A DNA stretch of 64,000 nucleotides from Eledone cirrhosa (GCA_964016885.1 OZ024743.1:307086001-307150000), one strand, 5' to 3'. Positions 14,046-26,846 are shown, counted from the stretch's first letter. Translations and numbers: made by a program. Notes: a model not told the origin generated them from the letters alone.

Positions 14046-14152
14046 ATTTCTTTTTTTTTTTTATCTCCTCGTGCAATGGCCATACTCGATAACGAGAGGG
14101 CAGCCATCATGTATGTATGTATGTATGTATGTATTCATGTATGTATGTATGT
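10045..14152 (+). mobile_element. Near full-length RTE-clade LINE
   Basis: About 240-bp 5' UTR, single long ORF, 3' terminus GGCCATACTCGATAACGAGAGGGCAGCCATC(ATGT)n at 14077-14152; microsatellites interrupt the 3' UTR. Confidence 0.9.
10287..13805 (+). CDS. RTE ORF: APE endonuclease, reverse transcriptase, three C2H2 zinc fingers
   Basis: Open frame 10266-13805 (first ATG 10287); APE motifs WNVRTL, LSETR, GDFNA, LDY, TDH; RT motifs NYRGISLL, FVDLTKAFD, VKQG, YADD, YLG; C-terminal CSVC..HLRSH, CQTC..HAKVH, CRLC..H. Confidence 0.93.
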   Translation: MMFQNNIKEIIGNLGSGTKKKIIGNKGRGPRLSQPGPARHRAIVIEPNKAFSLGCWNVRTLLDRDSLGRPERRTAHVAKELRRYDLDIVALSETRLAGNGHLTEFCGEYTFFWKGRDEGTRREAGVGFAVKTVLVNKLEEFPVGISERLMSMRVPLDKGRYATLVSVYAPTMSSVDEEKVSFYHALKGVLRNIPQADKVIVLGDFNARVGRYFNTWNVIGRHGVGKCNSNGMLLLQMCEELDLCVTNTMFQQKNKFKTTWMHPASKEWHLLDYVLVRMRDRQDVQCVRVLRGAECWTDHPLVRAKVKLITKRKIRAPGVALPKRLNAARLKDKNVKRTLEEEMQAADLGEDWPTLKKSVYDVGRRVLGLAQRKHQDWFDENDVHIEDLLADKRRALSRYLTAKPQERNTLHEELRDVKSRVRRSLSQMKDQWWSEKAGEIQTASDSNNTKLLYSLLREVYGPSSSLVTPLRSKDGKELLRDSQGILRRWREHFDDLLNQPSVVSEDFLNLIPKSPVKVALAEPPTLVEVAVAISQLNSGKSQGMDGIHAELLQYGGERLLQHLHSLFGRIWANESVPEDWRDAVMVVLYKGKGNRNDCGNYRGISLLSVVGKVLCRVLLDRLLTHISDCVLPESQSGFRAGRGTTDMIFSARQLQEKCMEQGLDLYQVFVDLTKAFDTVNRDALWKVLQKLGCPDKFLALVRSFHDDMKAWVNVGGNMSEPISVKNEVKQGDIPAPTLFAIYFAMVFCIAFRNCEHGVYIRYRTPGSIFNIRRFAAKTKVFTSIIRDLLYADDCDLVAHTESDMQHILNAFSDACTALGLTVSLRKTVVMYQPAPGKQYTEPNIYVYGKRLGVVDQFVYLGSTVNRYSNLDSEISLRIRKASDAFGKLERRLWGRRDICRRTKVKVYRACVLSCLLYACETWVTYRHHLKQLERFHQMCLRRIHGVHWRDHISDVEILESSMCDSIEALVLKQRLRWSGHLARMKDSRIPKQLFYGELVKGKRPPHKLSLKDANISADTWENIAADRNKWRKTVYEGKVAFEASRIAYEKVKRDVRKGIAVALPDGEGPPMVLTCSVCARLCLSKAGLESHLRSHKVRRVVDYQAAVGDATHHACQTCGRECKSAGGLKRHAKVHELQPQPTIPSECFGCRLCARHFRSLAGLKSHIRSQRC

Positions 14153-14157
14153 GTGAT

Positions 14158-17100
14158 CAGGTCGCTCTCGAGCGCTACTGGTAACATGTAACCCAGTACA
14201 ACCTATTGCATGGTCGGGTCTTCGGTGACTAAACCGACAACCCCACTAGGATTGCTTGGTTAGGAGGGTGATATTTGAACACCCCGCGGGATGAAAAGCA
14301 GAGTCTACAGCCATGGGATTGGCTATAAAAATAACTCTTACTAACAAAATTGAGCATTCCTAGGGTATCAACGAAAGAATAATGAGTCTACGTGTTCCAT
14401 TGACTGGTAATCGTTTTATGACAATCATTTCTGCATACGCACCGACATTAACCTGTAGTCAAGAATTGATTTTAGGTTTCTACCAGGATCTTAGAGTTAT
14501 ACTTTCCTCCAAACCTAGAGATGATCCTTTTGTTTGGTGATTTAATGCTCGTGTAGGTCGTGATCATAATATCTGGGGAGCAATACGACCATAATAATAA
14601 TGGATTACATCTTTTTCAACTTTGTACAAAATTTGTATTCGTGATTTGCAACACATTTTTTCCAACAAAAAGAAATTCATGAAGTCACATGACACATCTT
14701 AGATCAAAACACGGCCATATATTAGATTACATCATCACTAGAAAATAAGTTTTTCAAGATATTTGCTCAGTAAACATAATGCGTAGAACAAAGTGTGTGA
14801 CAGATCATTCCCTTTTAAGAGGTAAATTAAAGCTACAAATAAAGCAAAATTAAGATTGGTTGGGATTAAGGTTCCTAAACCTATTGACATATCAAAATTG
14901 GACAGTGTTGAGGTTGGTGAAAACTTAGTTCGTGCCTGAAATGGAGTTTGATGAAACGTGGGAGAGGTTTAAGAGTATATAGTATACTCAGTTGGAGGTA
15001 ACACGTTAGGATTCAAGAAAAAGAAACAGGAATTTGTTCTACGAAAAATAAAAAAAAATTGGCATCCTTCTGCAACAAAAGCAAGAACTGTGTTTCAAAA
15101 TGTTTAAAACGAGCCAGGCAGAGTTACCAGCAGCCAAAGCAATTGAAAGCAACATTACAACAGAAGAATGAACAATAAGTGGTGGGCTTCAGAAACTCAA
15201 AGTGCATATGATAGGAAAAATTCAAGGGCACTCTACAACCTCATTAATCAAGTTTTGTGGCCTAATTCCTCAAACGTGGTTCCTGTATTGTAGAGGGATG
15301 GTGGTATTTTGTACAAAGATGCTGATGGTATTATGAAGCGATGGCAGGAACATTTCACTGATTTGTTTAATAACCCATCAGAAAAGGATTTAGAGGTAAT
15401 TAACAGTCTCGACCAGGCAGAAATAATTGCAGAGATGATGTAATTGCCTTCACTGACTGAAGTAGAATTGGCAATTGTAGGAATAAATAGGAGTAAGGTT
15501 CCTGGTCTACATGGGATTCCAATTGAGATTTTAAGATATGTAGGAGGCGTTATTACTTCTCAGGCTTTCTCTTTGATATTACGAATTTGGGAGGGTGGCT
15601 ATATACTCCAAGATTGGATAGATGCAATTATAATATCCTTGTACAAGGGCAAAGAATCTACAGCAATATACGACTATCGTGGTATCAGTGTGACTGAAGC
15701 CACAAGTAAGGTTCTTGTCAAGTTATTGCTTAACAGATTGTTGACTTGCATCTGTTGCTCGGTTCTACCAGAGTGTCAGTGTGGGTTCAGATCGGGTCGC
15801 AGCATTATGGTCATGATAGTCACTGCACGCCAATTGCAGAAGTGCTTTGAACATAGGGTTCCACTGCATCAGCTCTTTATAGATCTTACCAAGGCTTTTG
15901 ATACTGTGAATCGAGATTCTTTGTGGATAATTCTCGGGAAACTTAGTTGTCCCCAGTCTTCGTGGATTTGTTTAGGTGGTTTCACAAGGACACAAAAGGA
16001 AGAGTTAATCTCTGAGTCGATCAAAATTGAAAATGGTGTGAAACAGAAGAACATACCATCACCAACACTAGTCTCCATCTATTTTGCAGCCTGTTTGAGC
16101 TATGCATTTAAGGAGTTCAATGTGGGGTTTACTTGGGATTTCGGACATCTGGCAAACTTTTTAACTTGCGCCGCTTTCACGCTAAATCAAAAGCTTTTCA
16201 AGACATTATCCTTGAGTTGTATGCAAATGATGCTGATCTTGTTGCACATAATGAAGAAGACATGCAGCTCATAATGGATTATTTTTCTAGGGCTTGTCAT
16301 GTTTTTGGACTTACTATCAGCCACACAAAAACTGAATTAATGTTCACTCCGCCTCCAGGCGAGACTCATATTGAGCTAAACATAAATTAATGGTACCCGG
16401 CTGAATGTATTAGATAGGTTCACATATCTTGGAAGCATTATCAGGAAGGATAGATCATTTGATGCGGAAATCAATTAGAGAATTCAAAATGCCACTTCAG
16501 CATCTGGAAAACTAAAGAAAAGGGTAAGGACAGATCGGAGCCTTCATCTAGTTACTAAAATACGTGTGTACAGAGCATGCATGCTACCTGTATTACTGTA
16601 TGGATCTGAGGTATGGACAACCTATAGGCGGCACATAAAATGGTTAGAAAGGTTTCATGGAAACTGCCTTTAGGAATTAAGTGGATATCTTTGACACCAG
16701 ATACAGAAATATTGAGGAGTGCTGGATATATTGAAAGGTTGATTGTTTACAGCCAGATGCGTTGGACTGGTCATGGTATCAGGATGGACGATACCAGGTT
16801 GCCCAAGAGAGCTTTTACATAAAAGGAGGCCAAATCATAAAACAAAGAAACGATTCAAAGATGTGGTTATGGATAATTTGAAGATTCTCGATATATGTAT
16901 TAGAAATCGGAAATCCTTAGCAAAGAACAGAATGGGTTGACGTAGCATGATTAAAGATGGTTGCGAGAAGTTTGAGATAAAACGCATCAAACATGCAGAG
17001 CTCAAAAGATCCTTATGAAAGGGAGTAAACAGAAATTCAGGAAGATTTCAATCCAAAATTTAGATGTAATATGTGTGAAAGAGTACTGCTTTCTAGAGTT

Positions 17101-17420
17101 GGTCTCGTTAATCACCCAAAATGGCGTGTGGTTGGCGAGACACAGGCCGACTATGATGATCTTTTGTTGCAGAGGCCAGTTAATTATATTTGTCATGACT
17201 GTAGAAAAATCTGTTGTTCTCAAAGTGGTCTGACCAGCCACTGTAATCGACATGATCAGGGCTGAAATATTCGTTTTAAGTGTAGTATCTGTGAGAAAAC
17301 ATGCAGCTCTGGGACAGGTCTTAAGAGCCACGTACGTGCCCACAATCGGGTACTTATTGACGACGTTTGAAGATATGGCAATATTCTGAAACGAATCAGC
17401 AATCATCACGTATGTACATA
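14158..17420 (+). pseudogene. Degenerate RTE LINE of the same group, APE N-terminus deleted
   Basis: Frameshifted pieces DYRGISV, FIDLTKAFDTV, NGVKQ, YANDADLVAH, QMRWTGH, CHDC..H zinc fingers; shared 5' motif and decayed ATGT tail. Confidence 0.85.
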
Positions 17421-17687
17421 TGTATGTATGGATGCATAAATGTATATATGGATGTATGTACGTGTGTATGTCTGTATGTGTGTATGTATGCATGTCTGTA
17501 TGTATGCTTGTATGTATGTTTATATGTTTATATGTTTATATATGTTTATATGTATATATGTTTATAAGAACAACTTCCTAAATAACCTAAATTCCACCAT
17601 AAAAAAAAACTTTAATAAAAGTAGGAATATCTTAGTACTACCTGATAAAACTAAAAACATATATAGCCTAGATTATGATACATATAG

Positions 17688-17880
17688 GGCGGTGGATTGG
17701 CAGTATCGGTAGAGGGTCAGGCGCCATGGTTTGCAGCAAAGAGTTACGGCCCTTTATGGTCTGAGTTCAAATTCCGCCGAGGTTAACTTTGTCTTTCATC
17801 CTTACGGGGGTCGATAAAATAAAGTACCAGTAATACACTGGGATAATTGCTGGCCTTGTGCCAAAAGTAGAAACAATTAT
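17688..17880 (+). mobile_element. tRNA-derived SINE inserted in a PLE-like coding remnant (about 17560-18035)
   Basis: Full SINE consensus; flanks read PDKTKNIYSLDYDTY and continue after the SINE with LYKELYRNYKK, similar to 26372-26593. Confidence 0.8.
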
Positions 17881-18049
17881 GATATATATAGAGAATTTAT
17901 ATATAAAGAACTTTATAGGAACTACAAAAAAACATCTCATAAAAAGCTGGATGACATAAATATTGAAGCCCGTAGTTTAATATGTAATTTAGGACTAGAG
18001 AGGTATACTCAACCTTACACCACTAATCCCCCAACTTACTAGTAGTGTA

Positions 18050-18942
18050 TACGAAAACGTATGTGTATATGTGCATGTGTGTTCATGTCTGTGTATATGT
18101 TTGTGTGCGTATTGTTGAGTGAATTTGTGCGTCTGTATGTGTGGAGGGTGTACATTTATGTGTGTGTGTGCGAATGTGTTTGAATCCGTGTTTATGTGGA
18201 TGTGTGTGTGTGTGGAGGGATGAACATTTACATGTATGTGTGATTCTTTTGGGATCTAAGTTTAAGTGAATGTGTGTGTGTATGTGAGTCTGTGTGTATG
18301 TGAGTCTGTGTGTGTCTGTGTGTATGTGCGTTTATGTATGTGTGTATATGTGTGCGTATGTTTGTGTGTATGTATGTGTGTGTATGTGAATGTGTGTGTG
18401 TGTATGTGTAGATGCATGTGTGTATGTATGTGAATGTATGTGCATGCATGTGTGTATGTGTATGTACATGTGAAAGTGTGTATGTATGTATGTATTTATA
18501 TACGTGTGTGTGTGTGTATGTATATGTGTGTGTATATGTATGTACCATATGGAACATAGTGACACACCTTTCAAAATCCCTTGAATTGTTGTTACACCCC
18601 CCTCCCTAACGCTGACCCCCCCCCTCCCCCGCCCTGCCTCCACTCACGCACACACACATACACAAACACATATACATGCACACGCACACACTCATAATAA
18701 TGTACAGACAGAAACACACACAAACACATACACATACACACACACATTCATAATCTAGACACACAAACACACGCATACATGCACACAAACTGTGTCTGAA
18801 AGTGTTTGAGGGTGGGATTAGTGAGTAACTATATATGTGTGTGCGTTTATTTATATATGTATATGTGTGTATATATATACATGTGTGTGTATATATATAT
18901 GTATACGTATATATATGTATATATATATATATACATATATAC

Positions 18943-18973
<31 letters not shown>

Positions 18974-19137
18974 CATATATATATGTATATATATGTACAT
19001 ATATATATGTATATATATGTACATATATATATGTATATATATGTACATATATATATGTATATATATGTACATATATATATGTATATATATGTATATGTAT
19101 ATATGTATATATATATGTGTATATATATATATATATA

Positions 19138-19178
<41 letters not shown>

Positions 19179-19308
19179 ATTATAGATTTATACATATATA
19201 CATATATACATATATACATACACACACACAACACACACACATATATATATATATACATATATACATATATATATATATATACATATACACATACATATAT
19301 ATATATAC

Positions 19309-19341
<33 letters not shown>

Positions 19342-20327
19342 GTAGGTGGGAGTGTGAGAAGCCACCAACAATATTTAATTTTCTATTGTTGTCAATTATT
19401 ATTATTTTTTATTGTCCAAATTTGTTTCCTAATTAAACTTTTGTCTTCGGTCTCGCTGCTTATGGTGGTGGTGGTGGTGGTGGTGGTGGTGGTGGTGGTG
19501 GTGGTGGTGGTGGTGGTGGTGGTATTGGTGGTGGTGGTGGTGGTGGTGATGGTGGTGGTATTGGTGGTGTGGCGGCGGTTGTGGTGGTGGTGGTGGTGGT
19601 GGTTGTGGTGGTGGTGGTAGCGGTAGTGGCGGTGGCGATGGTGGTGGTAGCGGTGGTGGTGGTGGCGATGGTGGTGGTGGCAGTGTTGGTGGCAGTGGTG
19701 GTGGTAGCGGTGGTGGTGGTAGCGGTGGTGGTGGTGGCAGTGGTGGTGGTAGCGGTGGTGGTGGTGGTGGCAGTGGTGGTGGCAGTGGTGGTGGTAGCGG
19801 TGGTGGTGGTGGCGATGGTGGTGGTGGCAGTGGTGGTGGTGGCGATGGTGGTGGTGGCAGTGGTGGTGGTAGCGGTGGTGGTGGTGGCAGTGGTGGTGGT
19901 AGCGGTGGTGGTGGTGGTGGTGGTGGCAGTGGTGGTGGCAGTGGTGGTGGTAGCGGTGGTGGTGGTGGCGATGGTGGTGGTGGCAGTGGTGGTGGAGTTG
20001 TTCCAAGCAGTACTTAATCAAGTTTGCTATTCCCCAACCATAAAAGAGAGATTGTTGTTGAAGTTGAAATTAATTTGAAAAAAAGACTAAAAGTGGTGAC
20101 AGAATGGACTCTATAAACGATGTATTGAACTCTAGTGAACACTGAATATTGGGTATTGAATATTGTGGGATGTTTAGTGGGGCTTGAGGTACGGGGATGG
20201 GGAGGGGATGTAATAGATAATGAAGATGATATAGGAGAGAGATGAAGTCTGGGAGATGGGGGAGCGAGAGGGGCGAGAAGAAAAAAAAGGGCGGGAGAGA
20301 TTATAGAAGATAGAAAGACTAAGAGAG

Positions 20328-20391
<64 letters not shown>

Positions 20392-20479
20392 CGAGTGGGA
20401 GGCAGAGAGAGACAGACAGAGACAGAGACTGATAGAATAGATAGAGAGAGATTGATAGATTGATAGATAGAGAGAGAGT

Positions 20480-20534
<55 letters not shown>

Positions 20535-20808
20535 ATAAAGCGAGAGAGAGACAGATACAAAAAGGGAGGGAGGGGAGAGATGAAAAAGATGGGAGGGTGG
20601 GGATGAGAGGAGAAAAAAGAGAAAGAGAGGATAAAGAATAGAGAAAGACGAGAGAATGGAGGGATGGGGTGGCAGACTATAACAATGGAACAGTAAAATG
20701 ACTAAATAATTGTAAGAGCAGACGACAATGTTTAGTTTTATGAATGAAGGTATTGGAGAGAGGCAGGGGGATAGGGGTGTGTGAGAGAGAGAGTGAGTGA
20801 GAGTGTGT

Positions 20809-20863
<55 letters not shown>

Positions 20864-20909
20864 TGAAAGAGAGAGAGAGAGAGAGAGGGGTGAGTGAGTG
20901 TGTGTGTGT

Positions 20910-20949
<40 letters not shown>

Positions 20950-21009
20950 GAAAAAGAGCGGGGGGAGAGGGAGAGAGAAAGGTGGAGAGAAAAGAAGAGA
21001 AAGAGAGAA

Positions 21010-21073
<64 letters not shown>

Positions 21074-21700
21074 TGTGTATGTGTGAGGGAAAGAGTGAGA
21101 GGGAGAGGGAACAATAGATAGAGAGAGGAGGGTTAGTGTGTGTGAGAGAGGGAGAAAGAGTGAGAGAGAGGAGAGAGAGAGCGAGTTAAATAGATAGATA
21201 GAGGGAGAGAGCGAGAGAGAGAAGACAAAATACACAGTTACCATTGGTTGACCATTCTGTTGTAGGAGAGAGAGGGGGAGAGAGAAGTGGAGAGAGATAA
21301 ATAGATAGATGAATAGAGATAGAGTATGAGAGAGAGAGGGGTGTAAAGGAAGAGAGCGAGAGAGAAATAGATAGATAGAGAGAGGGGAAAAGTGTGAGTG
21401 TGAGAGGGAGAAGAGTGACAGAGTGGAGAGAGAGGAAAATAGAGAGAGGGAGATAAATAGATAGACAGAGAGAGGGGGAAAGTGTGTGTGTGAGAGGGAG
21501 AAGAGTGACAGAGTGGAGAGAGAGGAAAATAGAGAGAGGGAGATAAATAGATAGACAGAGAGAGGGGTAAAGTGTGAGTGTGAGAGGGAGAAGAGTGACA
21601 GAGTGGGGAGAGAAGAAAATAGAGAGAGGGAGATAAATAGATAGAGAGAGAAAAAGAGAGAGAGGAGACAAAATACCATTGGTTGACCGTTCTGTTATAT
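18050..21700. repeat. Compound microsatellite block: (TG)/(CA), (TA), (GGT)n at 19462-19995, (GA)/(GATA) and about 90-bp purine-rich tandem units at 21360-21660
   Basis: Directly visible low-complexity arrays. Confidence 0.95.
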
Positions 21701-22041
21701 TTAAGCTGTAGGACACAAGAAATCTATTGTAGCATACATCCCCCTCACCTCAATCTCCACCAATAATCTTTGTTACTGATTAGGTGGGATCCTCCGTCAG
21801 TTTAGACGAGGAGTACATGTTTGTTGTTTTATTTGAGGTATTGTTTTTCTTTTTGTCAACACAGTGTGTGTGTATGTTTGTGTGAGTGTGTGAGGATGTC
21901 TGTGAGCATGTGTGTGCATGTGTATATAAATATATATATGTGTGTGTGTGTGTGTTCATCTTCTATTGTGCATGTGTAAGTGCCGGCGTTTGATTCGAAA
22001 CTTGGTCTGAATGAAATGCGCTTATAAATGTTATCTATCAA

Positions 22042-22090
<49 letters not shown>

Positions 22091-22199
22091 AAATAAATAT
22101 ATATATATATATATAAGAGAGTATTGAAGTTTGCTTGAAGCATTGTGGAATAATAGGTAAATATCTTTAAGTCGTTTGGAAGCCTCGACAATGCAAATG

Positions 22200-23280
22200 G
22201 GTAAATCTCCGGGTAACAAGATCCGGTGGGGGAGAGAGAGATGTAAGTGGGTGTACGTTGAGATGCGTGGTGTGTATAAGACGTGTAGAGGAATGAAGGA
22301 AAGAGTATAAAGGATAAAATAAAAATAAGAACACGAGAGAGAGTTACCTTGGGAGAGATTTAATTGTCCCTATATATTTCGGATTCACATCCATCAACTG
22401 GGGGTTTTTTCCGGGGTGGGGGAAAGGTTGTCTGTCGGAAAGGTGCGAAACGCGTCCTCCGCTGTTTGTTGTTTTGAATATCTGAGGTATTCAGCAGAGC
22501 GCGCGTGCGCGTGAAATGGGATCGGTCGGGCAGAGGTCAGCGGCCGAATGTGGGAGTGGGGTGACGCTAGCTGTCAGTCCATTCTCTGCTTGTTTGTTAA
22601 ATGTTACTGTGTGTGTGTGTGCGTGTGTTGTTGTCTCGCTTGAGTGTGGTGTGTGTGTGTGCGTGTGTTGTTGCCGTGTTCCTCTGTATTGGCAGTGTAG
22701 TATGTTCGTATGGTGGAATGCTACTGTGTGTATGTGCGTGTGCGTGTGTAGTTGTCTCGTTTGTGTGTGTGCGTGTGTTGCTGCATCGTTTGTTAATTTA
22801 AACCAGCCACCTCATTTCGCTTCTCTCGGATCGATTGTTTATTTGCGGGGCCAGGCGTTTGATAAAAAGCGCTTCCTTGATACGTAACGTGCCGACGTTT
22901 CTTTCAGTCGCTAGAATTGTGACAATGGGCCTTCCGTCTTTGTTTCCGCATTTGTCTATGTGTTTCCGGAAAGACGAGGCCCTGGTTTTAGTGTGTTCCT
23001 TGATCCGGATGTGCAAAAGTCGGATTGTGCTACCTATATAGTATTGGTTGCACCTGTCACATTCTATCTTATACACGACGTATGTGCGTAGGCAACAGTT
23101 CGCATGGCGTATCGGGCAGTCTCTGAGGGAGCACGCGTCAGTTGATTTCCCGGGTTTCCTGGAGAGGCATCTTCGCAGGGAGGGGCCCGAGTGGGCCAGG
23201 TGGATATCGAAGCCCTCCCTCCGTATAGCCTTGCGGATAGCCTTGCGGATAGCGTTGGTGGTAAATTGAGATGAGCAGAA
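22200..23280 (-). mobile_element. Penelope-like element 3' part: GIY-YIG endonuclease and 3' UTR
   Basis: ORF 22798-23298: [47 protein letters not shown]; decayed HHR at 22367-22404. Confidence 0.85.
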
Positions 23281-23389
23281 CAAACAAACATTAAACAATC
23301 ATTTAAATAAATTAAAAAACGTCTACCTGTTCATAATGGTATTTATTATATATATAGAGATTTATATATATATATATATATATATATAA

Positions 23390-26300
23390 ATTAATAAAAA
23401 GAATTATTAATAACAAAGAACAAGTTCCTTATATTAAAAAATTCATCATTTTACGATCGTTTCTAGAATATATATGTGTGTTAGTATGTATATCATATAG
23501 ATCTATGTAAAAATATTACAAACTATCAGAGGAAATATACATACCTTCACATATATATGCTGTCTTCAGAAATAATGATATTTGTTTATTGAAAAAAACC
23601 AACAAAGATTTAATATAATAGGTCTGTTTGGGAACAGGTTTTGAATTGACCAATAGAAAAGTAGTAAGTGGTGAAGTTGATAGAATAGTAGTAGTAGAAA
23701 TTTAATTTAGGGGTAGAGGAATGCAGACTTAAGTTTTGAATGGAAAGAATACTTTGAATTGAAAAGTATACTTTGGGGATGAAAAGAGGTCAAGCCGGTG
23801 AAAGGTACACGAAAATTTGATGTTATTAAAGAATAATGCTAATGTTAAAATCGAAGGAGAATAAAATTTTAGGGTAAAGGTGTTAGTGAGAAATACCAAT
23901 CTTATTTAAAACACAAGGAATTTAGATCTATGACAAGAAATTAAATTGATTGATAGGTATACTTATAGGGATAAATTTATATTAATTCATATGGATGTGA
24001 TAAATAAAAGTTAGATGTTATTAAAGAATGTTGTTAAAAACGAAGGAAAATAAAATGTTGGGATAAATGTATTAGTGAGAGATACCAAACTTATATAGAC
24101 TACAAGGAATTTAGATTCATAACAGGAAATTAAAATAGTTTATATGTATACTTATAGGTATTAATTTTAGGAAAAGAGAGCTGTAAAAGGGAAATAAAAA
24201 TATGAAGTTCTCTGTAGTAAAATACTAATTATAGGTTAACTAAATTAAAAAAACTAATTATAATGTGTAAAATATAAGTGTAAGGTGTATATTAATTAGG
24301 TTTATAATATTTGAAAGTTCTTCTAATTCTATGATTGCAAGATATAATTAATTCTTGTCGCTTATTTAATAGGATATCCTTAGATTTCATTATTTCAAAA
24401 AGTTCCTGGGAACATAATCTACACTCATATCTGTTATTTTGATAAGGGGTGGCCCTTTTGAGCACACTCCAGGTCAGGTTGTAATCGATATTCTTTTTTC
24501 TATAATTATTAATTGTTTCAGCCAAGGATGTTGTATTAGCTAATGCGGCATTTTTAAAACTATGTTTGTGGGTATTAAATCTTACTTTAAATTGGTTAGA
24601 AGTAGCTCCTATATATGAATAAGTTGAGTCCTAATTGCTAATTTTACATTTATATACTGTTATTAATAAGACAATTTCCCTTTAATGGGCAATTTCTTTT
24701 GTTTCTACAGTTACAACCATTCGTGAATATTATATCAGGGGAGTTAGTCAAATTTGGTGTGGAATTTACTCGACTTGTTATATGTGAAGGAGATGGTGGT
24801 TTGTTGCGGTTTATTTTAGTATTATGGTTGGTTTCATGTGTTGGTGGTATATTCGTGTTTTCTTTTACATTTATATGCATTGCACGCACTTATATTTTGT
24901 TGTATATTTTTGGTAGTGGAGTAGAAAAATTTGACAGTTGATCTATTTAAAATTTGATAGTATTTATGGTTTGGCGGGAAGTTTTTCTCTAGGATAGTAA
25001 AAAAAAATTGTAGGGATATTATCTTTAATTTGTAGATTAAATGGAGCATTATACCAAGTATCTCGTCTATTACGGTTTCGATGTTGTTTTTTATATTTAT
25101 ACGATGTATCAGGATGTTTACTAAGAGAGTTACTATTAGTGAATTTATTATATATATGTTTAGTTAGATTAACTGATTTAGGTGTTTTAGTCTGATTATT
25201 AGGAATTTGGTTAGTAATGTTATTAACGTATATTGGAGTATTAGGATTAATGGGTTTTTGAAAGTTATATTTTATGTGAGAAGAGGTAGAGAAATTAAGT
25301 TTTAAGTTGGTATTTTTGGGTGTAGTGTGAGTGGCTTTTAGGTGTGTGTTTTTCATTTGGTGTTTGTTGGTAATATGTGCAAGGTATATAGACTAATTTG
25401 TTTTTGTGGCCGCTTCTAGCTAAAGCTTCGTTATAAAAGGGCGCATTTTTATCGAATACATCCTGGTTAGATGAAAGGTTAGAAATTCTGAGTGAGATAT
25501 TATATGCTAGGTTTTTAAGGATAGATCTAGGGTGATTGGATTGTGAGTGTATGTTATGTAAGTTTTGGTTAGGTTTATGGTAAGGTTGGTAGATACCCGT
25601 AGATAAGTCTAAAGTTATATCTAGGAAATTAACTACTTTAATGGTGTTTTCAAATGTAATAGTGAGACTATAATAGTCTTTGGGGAAAGTTCTAAGTTTT
25701 TTATTTTTTTCAATTTCTGATAGGCTAAGGTTAGTGGAAAGAAGAAGACAGTCATCACGATATAAATCACCTTTAAGGTGGGGAAAAGAAGCATTTATGT
25801 TAAGTATAAGAAGGGGCCCACAAGATCGGTAATTTGGGCAGAATCATTAGAGCCCATAGTAATGTCGAATAGATTACTATATGTATTTCTGGTCCAGTAT
25901 TCCTTCTGAAATTCCAGTAGTGTTTGTCTAGCGTGCGTGATAATAATAATTATCAGCCATAATTAAGTTTGATCTATTTTTGGCAAATATCAAGGCTTTG
26001 TTCAGGAGTATGGGTGATATAGAGGGATAATAAGCATCTATATCAAATTGTAGAAATGAAGCAGATGATTTATTTCTAATATTAGTAAACCAGTTAATTA
26101 CTTGGGATGTGTTTTCCCAGAGTGGTAAATTAACGTGTTTTCTTAATTGTGGGATGACTCTGTCTAAAAAAATTTTACTAATGATGCCAATGTCAGATTT
26201 GGAAGGGCATATAAGTCTTATAGAAGGATTAGAGTTAAAGTTAGATTTGTGATCTTTCAGATTAAAGTGTGGTTTTTTCAGTGCCAAAGGTTCAGTTCTG

Positions 26301-26600
26301 TCTTCAATATTGAGTTTACTTACTATGTTGTGTATTTTGTTGTTGATATTGGTAAGTGCCGCATTATTTGTTTATTTATAATTTTTCCTGAGTTCTTTAT
26401 AAATGAACTCATTGTAATTATCAATATCCATGTTGTATAGATTTCCAGTTTTGTTAGAGTGGACGTGGACTTTGTTAGATTTTTTTAGATCCAATAGGGT
26501 ACAGTCAAGATCCTTTTGAAAATTAGATTTATATTTCTTAAATTTGAGGTGTTTGATTAAGTTAAAAAGGTCTTTCTCGAAGTTTTCAAGCAAGGAGTTG
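23390..26600 (-). mobile_element. Degenerate Penelope-like element (RT, linker, GIY-YIG, 3' pLTR)
   Basis: RT pieces RLICPSKSDIG, FLQFDIDAYYPSI, ITMGS, LYRDDCL (about 25750); WYNAPFN; CNCRNKRNCPLKGNCL; YIGATSN; CRLCSQE..LLNKRQE..CNH. Confidence 0.88.
23444..23577 (-). ncRNA. Type I hammerhead with long stem II
   Basis: CAUUAUUU-CUGAAGA-about 100 nt-GAAA-CGAUCG-UA-AAAUGAUG; 8-bp stem I. Confidence 0.65.
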
Positions 26601-26626
26601 TGTGGTGGGATCTTATATGTAGTGAA

Positions 26627-26668
<42 letters not shown>

Positions 26669-26752
26669 AAAAGTTATGAAACGAAAGGAGCTGTGTGGTT
26701 ACTAAAAACAAGGTTTAGGATGGTGGTTAGGACGGAACAGGAGAGAGGAAGA

Positions 26753-26846
26753 AAGGAGTTTCCTTCGTCAGCTGTAAATGTATCCCGAACCGATGTTTCG
26801 GCGCTGAATTACAGGATATCGGTGTAGTTCGGGTGCGCCCGAGGCC
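26753..26846 (-). ncRNA. Non-circularly permuted hammerhead, copy B
   Basis: GCGC-a-CCCGAA-cuaca-CCGAUAUC^CUGUAA-uuca-GCGC-C-GAAACAUCGG-UUCGGG-auacau-UUACAG-CUGACGA-AGG; one A.C mismatch in stem III. Confidence 0.7.

Noticed and set aside
18228-21716. Long ORFs rich in YI, CV, HT, poly-V, poly-H or LS
   Set aside because: Translations of microsatellites; the same applies to most short ORFs in the track.
22367-22404. HHR-like motif at a PLE 3' end
   Set aside because: Core reads CAGUUGA (two changes); likely a dead copy.
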